Origin: Bdellovibrionales bacterium
Lineage (GTDB): Bacteria > Bdellovibrionota > Bdellovibrionia > Bdellovibrionales > CAYMLA01
Direction of reading: 5' to 3'
NCBI GenBank assembly: GCA_965217115.1
Contig: OZ244239.1
Coordinates: 864,001-928,000 of the forward strand
Length of the DNA stretch: 64,000 bases
The position numbers were made by a program, and so were the translations under genes. Of the stretch, positions 50,884 to 58,465 are shown piece after piece; position 1 is the first letter of the stretch, and the number at the start of each line of letters is the position of its first letter. The notes beneath the pieces are model-generated. The model ran no database searches. It was given only the letters and a program-made list of their open reading frames with translations, and had not been told where the DNA came from.

Positions 50884-51249
50884 ATGAAAACAATAATTTT
50901 ATTATGTTTATTGATAGGGTCACAGCATATTTTTGCTGCCAGTTGTGACATTGAAAAAGGGCACTACTTAATATTAAAGGTTGATCAACTAAAGGTAAAA
51001 GTAGATTCTTGTGACCCAACTCCAGGGTGGGGCCAGGGAAGAGCTCATTTTGCTACATTTGATAAAAATGATTTAGCTCGAGCAAAGCGAGAACTACTTA
51101 CCAAGCATCACCCCCTGATACCTGACCGTTGTCAATTACTAGGAACAGGTGATATTGAAATTATAAGTAATCGTAGTCTTTGTAGCTTCTCAGGGGTAGA
51201 CGAAGCAACAGCAAATTTCACCGTAAGATATAAGTGTCACTTATTCTGA
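50884..51249 (+). CDS. Small secreted Cys-containing protein
   Basis: GAGGAG RBS, signal peptide, divergent from LysR. Confidence 0.75.
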   Translation: MKTIILLCLLIGSQHIFAASCDIEKGHYLILKVDQLKVKVDSCDPTPGWGQGRAHFATFDKNDLARAKRELLTKHHPLIPDRCQLLGTGDIEIISNRSLCSFSGVDEATANFTVRYKCHLF

Positions 51250-51330
51250 TTTAATGTAACTGTTCCTTTAATTCTGTGCAGAGGACGGTATGCTAATAAA
51301 TGTATTTAATAGAGTTAAGGGAAGTGAGAC

Positions 51331-51840
51331 ATGTTATCAAATTTTAAGTTAATTGAATTTTCATCAATAATGTTACTTATTCTAGGTAGTCTCTCTTTTG
51401 CAGGAGTTAAAAACGAAGAGGTTATCTATAAAAAATTGATTCTCAAAGCCAGTAAAGAACAGATTTGGTCTACATTGACTGATCAAAATGAACTGGGCAA
51501 ATGGTGGAATAAAGGAGTCAGACTTGAACCATATGTCGGTGGACAATTCTATGAACCTTGGGGAGAGGGGCAATTAGCCACTGGGAAAGTAGTAGATTTA
51601 AAATTTCAAAAGTTTATAAAGTTTACTTGGAAAGAGAAGTATTGGAATTCTTCTGAAAGTACAGTTTGTACATTTTTTCTAGAGAAAGTAGAAAAAGGGA
51701 CGGTCTTAAAAATTCATCATTCTGGCTGGGAGTCTATTAAAGAATTAAGTAAAAGAAAAAAACTAATTGAAGGATTTCAGAAGGGCTGGGACCTTCTTTT
51801 ACCAAAATTGAAGAAATATGTTGAATCGGAAAAGCCCTAG
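51331..51840 (+). CDS. SRPBCC/AHSA1-like domain protein with signal peptide
   Basis: ASKEQIWSTLTD..LGKWW, IKFTW, GTVLKIHHSGW, GWDLLL. Confidence 0.85.
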   Translation: MLSNFKLIEFSSIMLLILGSLSFAGVKNEEVIYKKLILKASKEQIWSTLTDQNELGKWWNKGVRLEPYVGGQFYEPWGEGQLATGKVVDLKFQKFIKFTWKEKYWNSSESTVCTFFLEKVEKGTVLKIHHSGWESIKELSKRKKLIEGFQKGWDLLLPKLKKYVESEKP

Positions 51841-51905
51841 GTAAATAATCAGGCTCTAGCCGACAAGGCTAAGATTTGACGACGTACAAAATAAATTATT
51901 CCATT
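51831..51905 (+). repeat. 75-bp direct repeat J1 (right copy)
   Basis: Matches 49840-49914; contains the TAG stop of 51331..51840. Confidence 0.92.
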
Positions 51906-51917
51906 GGATTATCAGAT

Positions 51918-52508
51918 ATGAATACTAAAAAAGAAAGTTGGAATGATTATTACAAAAAAATAAGCAGAAAACCTCCTAGCCTATTACTTAAGGTGGCCTT
52001 AAATGAGGTTAAGCAGATTGGTATTGCTTATGACTTAGGGGCTGGAGCAGGAGTTGACTCAAAATTTCTAGCCAAACAAGGTTGGAATGTTTTTGCTGTA
52101 GATAAAGAACCGTCATCTATTAATTTTATTAGGAAAATCAAAACAGTGAGAGGTGATATTAAACCTGTTTTATCTAACTTTGAAGAATTAACTCTTCAAA
52201 AAGCCCATCTTATATTTGCATCATTTTCTTTACCGTTTTGTAGCCCGTGTAAATTTCCATTTTTATGGAACAAAATACAATCATCACTGGTCGGCGGGGG
52301 CATATTGGCTGGAACATTGCTTGGAAATAACGATAGTTGGGTCAAAGATTCTAACGGAGGAATGACATTTCAAACAAATAAACAGATTCTCGATTTATTT
52401 GAAGATTATGAAATTTTATATTTCGATGAACAGGAAGAGGATCGTCCAACGGCTCTAGGAAAGCAAAAGCACTGGCATGTATACAGTTTTGTAGTCCGAA
52501 AACACTAG
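51918..52508 (+). CDS. Class I SAM-dependent methyltransferase (TehB-like)
   Basis: AYDLGAGAGVDS, VFAVD, FSLPF, KHWHVY; probable ATG at 51918. Confidence 0.85.
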   Translation: MNTKKESWNDYYKKISRKPPSLLLKVALNEVKQIGIAYDLGAGAGVDSKFLAKQGWNVFAVDKEPSSINFIRKIKTVRGDIKPVLSNFEELTLQKAHLIFASFSLPFCSPCKFPFLWNKIQSSLVGGGILAGTLLGNNDSWVKDSNGGMTFQTNKQILDLFEDYEILYFDEQEEDRPTALGKQKHWHVYSFVVRKH

Positions 52509-52613
52509 GTTCTGAGGCGAATTAAAAATCACAAAGCTCAGGCTTTTAAGATGCCTCCCGTAAAGAAGATGAAAGCCCCTTTGAACCAACCTTATCTACC
52601 AAAAGTTAAGTCC
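52504..52613 (+). repeat. Junction repeat J2 plus half-arm of the hairpin element
   Basis: Near-identical to 55449-55559; first 39 bp also occur at 54598-54636. Confidence 0.9.
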
Positions 52614-52622
52614 TCTCTTTAA

Positions 52623-52800
52623 CCCCCGCTGTTCCCCCCGTTGTTCCCAATCCCCGCTGTTCCCAGTCCACGCAAGTTTTCAAATAAATAGTTCAAAGGG
52701 TCTTTTATCTTCAAGCGAGTTCGGATTGGTGCGCCGCTCGCAAAGCGAGCTGCGCTGCCGAACGAATGTCTGAGCTTGAAGATGAAAGCCCCTTTGAACC
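52623..52800 (+). repeat. Hairpin element copy C2 with C-rich leader
   Basis: Arms 52691-52716 and 52774-52799, core 52717-52773. Confidence 0.9.
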
Positions 52801-53060
52801 ACGCCTTATTTGCCAAAAGTTAAGTTCTCTATTTAGTCCCCAACCTCTCAGCCAAAGCCTCTTTTTAAAACTCTAAATTGACAATCTACGCAAGGGGTTA
52901 GACACCTCAAAAACTCTCAGGCATCGATAAATTGATGTCTAAGCTATTTTCTCCATGGCATAGAATATGCTGTCTAAAGTCTTGAAATTAATGGTATCAG
53001 TCTGATTTAGGAGAATTAAATGAAAAAATTATTATTTTTAACAACTATTATTTTGAGGGT

Positions 53061-53339
53061 ATGCCTGTGAGATTAGTAAGAACTATCACTATCGCTTTAA
53101 GTATTTTTTTGAGCTTTGCTGTGTTAGCAAGCGACTATGAGTGTTCAGGATTATTTATGAAGTGCTCTGAAGGAGAAGAAATACATCACCTTACTAGATT
53201 GTCAGAATCTGAATGTAGTGGATCATATGAGGGATGTAGGCAGTACTTAAAAAACGAATTAAAGAACTTACGGAAAGTAAAAAAAACTGAAGTGTTTTGC
53301 TATTTCGATGAATACCGTAACGAAGCTATCTGTTTATAA
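53061..53339 (+). CDS. Small secreted Cys-rich protein
   Basis: Signal peptide, 6 Cys in the mature part. Confidence 0.65.
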   Translation: MPVRLVRTITIALSIFLSFAVLASDYECSGLFMKCSEGEEIHHLTRLSESECSGSYEGCRQYLKNELKNLRKVKKTEVFCYFDEYRNEAICL

Positions 53340-53604
53340 CTAGATTAGTAAAGATGGTTTAAGATGTAAAATACACTCAGCAGGAATACTCTCTGCAAAG
53401 ATAAGAGTTCTTTGCAGCAGCTTGAACAAAGAAATTTCTTTTTCACCTAAGGTTTCTTCTAAAACATGATCCAAAATATACGAGCCAAACGAATGCCTGA
53501 GCTTAAAGATGAAAGCCCCTTTGAACCAACCTTATCTACCAAAAGTTAAGTTCTCTATTTAGTCCTTAAGATCCCACCAAACAAGGCACACACCCCGCCC
53601 CTTG

Positions 53605-53754
53605 CCCCCGCTGTTCCCAGTCCCCGCAAGTTTTCAAATAAATGGTTCAAAGGGTCTTTTATCTTCAAGCGAGTTCGGATTGGTGCGCCGCTCGCAAAGC
53701 GAGCCGCGCTGCCGAACGAATGTCTGAGCTTGAAGATGGAAGACCCTTTGAACC
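53605..53754 (+). repeat. Hairpin element copy C3
   Basis: Arms 53644-53670 and 53728-53754, core 53671-53727; preceded by a half copy at 53484-53527. Confidence 0.9.
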
Positions 53755-54156
53755 AGCCTTACCTACCAAAAGTTAAGTCCTCTCTTTAGTCTGCTGCCCC
53801 AGAAAAAACTCTTTTTAAAACTCTAAACTGACAATCTGTGCAAGGGATTAGACACCTCAGAAAAGCTCAGTTACCGATAGATTTATGTCTGAGCTGTTTT
53901 TTCGATGAGCGGTAAATAATTGATCCCCAGCCAACAGGACTAGAATATCATAGCGAGGCCACTGGAAAGTGGTCTTTTTCCTTTGGGGCCGGAAAACGTC
54001 ACTTCTAAAAGCAATCCCCGAAAAAATTGAAAAATTTACATCACTCGATGATTTTCCCCTTAAAAGTGCACGAATCAGTTATAATAATTCAAACAATATC
54101 AATCAAATTTAAGAGAATTTGTCCCCCAAGGAAATAGAACGATATCAAGAGGAGAA

Positions 54157-54567
54157 ATGATGAAAAAAATATTAATTGGTTTAACTCTTTTAATGTCCGT
54201 TACAGTTTTTGCTGAGAAAAGGATTATCACCTGCTCAAATACGGCTATCACAGTTCATTCGGAGAATATTATCGGAGGGGAATTCACTGTGACGCCTTCT
54301 AAAGGAATTCAGCATAAACTAACTATCAAATTGGAAGGAGGAGCAGATTCAATTTTTTGGGCTACTTCAGACACTTCTCAAGAACAACTTTTTGCTGGAG
54401 GCATCATGCATAATGCCAGTAGCTTAACCATGTTTCCTGGCGGTAATAAAGCAATGTTGTCCTTCGAAGGCGATATTTATCCTTTGGTGTGTGATAAAAA
54501 ATGGAGTACTGAGTTGAGTAAATGGCTTGAAGAATGGCACCAAAGGGAGAAAAGGTGGTCTTGGTAG
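54157..54567 (+). CDS. Hypothetical secreted protein
   Basis: GAGGAG RBS, classic signal peptide MKKILIGLTLLMSVTVFA. Confidence 0.75.
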   Translation: MMKKILIGLTLLMSVTVFAEKRIITCSNTAITVHSENIIGGEFTVTPSKGIQHKLTIKLEGGADSIFWATSDTSQEQLFAGGIMHNASSLTMFPGGNKAMLSFEGDIYPLVCDKKWSTELSKWLEEWHQREKRWSW

Positions 54568-54690
54568 TAAACTCATTAACTAGACAGATTTTTTTTCACT
54601 AGGTTCTGAGGCTAATTAAAAATCACAAAACTCAGGAACTCTAAACGAATCGAACAAATAAACCATTAGTTTATCGAGGATAGAAAGACT

Positions 54691-55449
54691 TTGAGATTAC
54701 TTTTAATATTGTTTTTTTCTGCATTTATATTTAGTGATACCTCTTGGGCTTCTTCTTCATGTGCAGACTTTCTCGGGAGTTCATTCAGAAGTGAAAGTCG
54801 TGTTATTACGACCGATACAATAGTTAAAAAAAGTGATGCTCCCATCTTAATGAAAGATATTTTAGGTTTTGTATATTACACTAAATTAAATTGGAAAAAT
54901 TTTATATCTAAACATCGAAGAAAGGTTCGTTTATATGATACTGATTGGAGCAGAGAGAATTTCCTTAAGGAACAATTACTCTTACCTAAAGACTTAAAGC
55001 CTGATGAGCGAAAGATTATCTTAAAAATAAAGAGAGAGACATCACCGGAATCAAAACATTATAAAAAGGCGCAAGAATTAGAAGGGACTCCAGATATTAT
55101 TGGAGTTGAGTCTGCTATTTTGAAAATTAAACTTAAAAGCAACGACATTTATTATGCTGAACACACTTCAAATAGAGAGACATCAATAAAAGTTCAAGAT
55201 ATTCTTTCAGCATTATCTGGAATAGGAAGAAAAAAGAATTTCTCGCCAAATGATATTGCAGAATTACACTTTTTCCATAATCATCCAGGAATAACTCAAC
55301 CTATCTCAAAGCCTGATGTGGGAGTTGCCAAGAAATTTGTAAAAATTTTTGGTGATAATAATCCCGATTTTAAATTTCACATGTATGCAATTAGTTTTGA
55401 AAATAGTCTTCGTCCAACACTTATCTTTCATGCTGGGTTTCAGAATTGA
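54691..55449 (+). CDS. Secreted protein with C-terminal JAB/MPN-like motif
   Basis: Signal peptide; GVESAIL...FFHNHPGITQPISKPD. Confidence 0.65.
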   Translation: MRLLLILFFSAFIFSDTSWASSSCADFLGSSFRSESRVITTDTIVKKSDAPILMKDILGFVYYTKLNWKNFISKHRRKVRLYDTDWSRENFLKEQLLLPKDLKPDERKIILKIKRETSPESKHYKKAQELEGTPDIIGVESAILKIKLKSNDIYYAEHTSNRETSIKVQDILSALSGIGRKKNFSPNDIAELHFFHNHPGITQPISKPDVGVAKKFVKIFGDNNPDFKFHMYAISFENSLRPTLIFHAGFQN

Positions 55450-55557
55450 CTAGGTTCTGAGGCGAATTAAAAATCACAAAGCTCAGGCTTTTAAGATGCC
55501 TCCCGCAAAGAAGATGAAAGCCCCCTTTGAACCAACCTTATCTACCAAAAGTTAAGT

Positions 55558-55749
55558 CCGTTGTTCCCCCGCTGTTCCCCATTGTCCCCCCCCCTGTTCC
55601 CCCCGCTGTTCCCAGTCCCCGCAAGTTTTCAAATAAATGGTTCAAAGGGTCTTTTATCTTCAAGCGAGTTCGGATTGGTGCGCCGCTCGCAAAGCGAGCC
55701 GCGCTGCCGAACGAATGTCTGAGCTTGAAGATGGAAGACCCTTTGAACC
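55558..55749 (+). repeat. Hairpin element copy C4 with C-rich leader
   Basis: Arms 55639-55665 and 55723-55749, core 55666-55722. Confidence 0.9.
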
Positions 55750-55817
55750 AGCCTTATCTACCAAAAGTTAAGTCCTCTATATAGGCCTTAAGCCCCCCAC
55801 CGAACACCCCATACCTT

Positions 55818-55964
55818 CGCTGTTCCCAGTCCACGCAAGTTTTCAAATAAAATGGTTCAAAGGGTCTTTCATCTTCAAGCGAGTTCGGATTGGTGCGCCG
55901 CTCGCAAAGCGAGCTGCGCTGCCGAACGAATGTCTGAGCTTGAAGATGGAAGACCCTTTGAACC
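55818..55964 (+). repeat. Hairpin element copy C5, 4 bp from the rfaE stop
   Basis: Arms 55854-55880 and 55938-55964, core 55881-55937. Confidence 0.9.
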
Positions 55965-55968
55965 AGCC

Positions 55969-57009
55969 TTATCTGCCAGAAGTTAAGTTCTCTATGTAGG
56001 CCTTAAGCCCCCCCCCCGAACAAGGTACACACCCCACCTTACCCACAACAAACCCCGCTGCAAAATTAGACAAAACACAGGAATCTAATAGTGACAATTG
56101 AGCTGCCTTTGCTAACGCTAAAGTTGCTACCACAGTATCCCCCGCCCCCGTCACATCAAAAACCTGACGGGCATAGGTGGGAACAATGTTCACTTGTTCT
56201 GCGCTGTAAAGAACCATTCCTTCACTTCCCCGAGTTAAAACCAATTCATCGGCGCCTATTTTATCACGAATTCTCTGTCCTAAATTTAAAATAGCCTGCT
56301 CATCTTGCCAACAACGATCAAAAGATTCTCCCAAAAGAGTTAAACTCTCCTCAAAATTGGGCTTAAATAGATTCGCCCCGCGATAAAAATCCAGGGGAGT
56401 CTCTCGATGGGGGTCAATTAAAACTTGCTTAGAAGATGACTTGGCAATGAGCAAAATTTCTTGAATCAAAGTCTCATTCAACAGTCCTTTGGCGTAATCC
56501 TGTAAAACAACCGCTTGGCACTGATCAATATTATCCTTGATCACTTGCAATATCTTCCTATGAACACTCTCACTGATATCCTGACGACGCTCATAATCAA
56601 CGCGCACAATGTGATTATGACCTGTCATAACTCGAGCTTTACGTGTCGTTGGACGGCAGGAGTCTTCCACAAGATATTGACCTTCAATTCCCTCTCTCTC
56701 TAAAATATCACGTAACTTATCAGCTCCTTGGTCCTTTCCAATCACTGAAACAAGAATAGGATAACCCCCCAAACCGACAATATTATGAGCTACATTGGCC
56801 GCCATCCCCAGACGAGTATCTTCTTTTTTAACCTCTAGAACTGGCACTGGAGCTTCTGGGCTAATTCTGCGCACATCACCAGTGATATATTCATCCAACC
56901 CACAATCACCTACCACTAAGATTCTCTTATCTGACAGAGTTTCAACTTGTTGTAAGAGCTTCGGTAAAAGTTCTTTACCTGGAATAGAGCTTTGAAAGGG
57001 CTTTAACAT
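55969..57009 (-). CDS. rfaE: D-glycero-beta-D-manno-heptose-7-phosphate kinase (RfaE domain I/HldA)
   Basis: RISPEAPVPV, QDYAKG, VFDVTGAGDTV. Confidence 0.9.
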   Translation of the reverse strand: MLKPFQSSIPGKELLPKLLQQVETLSDKRILVVGDCGLDEYITGDVRRISPEAPVPVLEVKKEDTRLGMAANVAHNIVGLGGYPILVSVIGKDQGADKLRDILEREGIEGQYLVEDSCRPTTRKARVMTGHNHIVRVDYERRQDISESVHRKILQVIKDNIDQCQAVVLQDYAKGLLNETLIQEILLIAKSSSKQVLIDPHRETPLDFYRGANLFKPNFEESLTLLGESFDRCWQDEQAILNLGQRIRDKIGADELVLTRGSEGMVLYSAEQVNIVPTYARQVFDVTGAGDTVVATLALAKAAQLSLLDSCVLSNFAAGFVVGKVGCVPCSGGGLKAYIENLTSGR

Positions 57010-57194
57010 CTTATTTGTGTCTCCTTAATTTAAAAACAAACACACTCTCTCACCTTATCAATAAAATGACAGCAACAGTAACAATTTTCCTCTTTTTTAC
57101 AAGAAAACCTCTCGACGAAGAAGAAAAATAACAATATCCTTTTGAGTGTTTAATAAAGGTTTTTAAATAGATTCTTCCTTGGAGGAGCTCATTC

Positions 57195-58457
57195 ATGGAT
57201 AAACTACTCAAAGGTCAGTTTTTTGAAAACACCCTCCGCTCACTCGAAAATGCAGGCCGAGTTATCAACATAGACCCCAACGTTATGGAGCGTCTTAAAT
57301 ATCCTAAAAGATGTATCATTATGAGTATCCCCATCCGCATGGACGACTACAGTGTTAAAGTCTTCACTGGATACCGCGTTCAGCACAACTCCACACTTGG
57401 ACCATTTAAAGGGGGTATTCGTTACCATCAAAATGTGACTCTTAGTGAAGTCGCAGCGTTATCCACTCTTATGACTTTTAAGAATTCTCTCCTAGGTCTT
57501 CCTCTAGGAGGAGGTAAGGGTGGCGTGACAGTTGACCCCACGCAGCTCTCTAAGACAGAAAAACAAAATCTCACTCGGCGTTACGCCAGTGAACTGAGCA
57601 CCTTTATTGGCCCACGCACAGATATCCCAGCGCCAGATGTTGGAACAACTCCACAAACCATGGCTTGGTTTATGGATACGTACTCTCAAGAGACAGGCCT
57701 TGCACAACCAGGGTGTGTCACTGGAAAACCTGTCGCTATCGGTGGAACTGAAGGTCGGGCTGGCGCCACAGGACTTGGAGTTGTTTACTGCACCGAACGA
57801 GCCTGGCAGAAATTAGGTCGGAAAATGTCTGAGGTATCAATCGCCATACAGGGTTTTGGAAATGTTGGCCAAAATGCCGCTCTCTATAGCCACCGTCTTG
57901 GTTCTAAAGTTATCGCTGTCAGTGATGTCTTTGGAGGCTTTTATGACCCTGAAGGACTCGATATACCAGGTATGATCGAATATGCAAAAGCATACAAGTC
58001 TCTTAAAGGATACTCCAAAGGGGCTGCCATTTCCAACGAAGAACTTCTGCATTTAGACGTAGACTCTCTTTTGCCTTGCGCCCTTGAGGGAGTGATTCAC
58101 AAGGATAATTTTGACAAGGTCAAAGCAAAAATGATTGTCGAAGGAGCCAACGGGCCTTGCACTATCGAAGCCAGTAAAGCCCTACGAGAAAAAAATGTTC
58201 ACATCATCCCTGATGTTCTTGCCAATGGCGGAGGTGTAGTTGTCAGTTACTTTGAGTGGGTGCAGGATGCCACTTCTTCCCTCTTTTGGGGAGAAACTGA
58301 GGTCAATCGTCGTCTAGAAACCATCATGCACAAAGCATTTGATACAGTTTGGGCATTTTCAGAAGAAAAAAATTTAGATATGAGATTATCCGCAATGTCC
58401 GTTTCTGTTAAACGCCTTGAACGTGCCACTCTTATGCGAGGGCTTTATCCTAGATAA
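57195..58457 (+). CDS. gdhA: Glutamate dehydrogenase (Glu/Leu/Phe/Val family)
   Basis: GPFKGGIRY, GGGKGG, DIPAPDV, QGFGNVG, VSYFEW. Confidence 0.92.
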   Translation: MDKLLKGQFFENTLRSLENAGRVINIDPNVMERLKYPKRCIIMSIPIRMDDYSVKVFTGYRVQHNSTLGPFKGGIRYHQNVTLSEVAALSTLMTFKNSLLGLPLGGGKGGVTVDPTQLSKTEKQNLTRRYASELSTFIGPRTDIPAPDVGTTPQTMAWFMDTYSQETGLAQPGCVTGKPVAIGGTEGRAGATGLGVVYCTERAWQKLGRKMSEVSIAIQGFGNVGQNAALYSHRLGSKVIAVSDVFGGFYDPEGLDIPGMIEYAKAYKSLKGYSKGAAISNEELLHLDVDSLLPCALEGVIHKDNFDKVKAKMIVEGANGPCTIEASKALREKNVHIIPDVLANGGGVVVSYFEWVQDATSSLFWGETEVNRRLETIMHKAFDTVWAFSEEKNLDMRLSAMSVSVKRLERATLMRGLYPR

Positions 58458-58465
58458 AGTAACTG

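Noticed and set aside
50780..51019. N-terminal extension of LysR in the ORF track
   Set aside because: The HTH starts at ATG 50779, and the extension overlaps the divergent gene
53924..53990. Possible riboswitch (AGGCCACT-GGAA-AGTGGTCT hairpin within CCCCA...TGGGG)
   Set aside because: Single occurrence with no recognisable aptamer consensus; could be a terminator-like hairpin
49655..55784. Short ORFs 49655..49849, 52619..52816 and 55527..55784
   Set aside because: Translations of the palindromic repeat itself
49590..55964. Classical integron (attC/intI)
   Set aside because: No RYYYAAC...GTTRRRY ends on the repeats and no integrase in the window; kept only as an analogy
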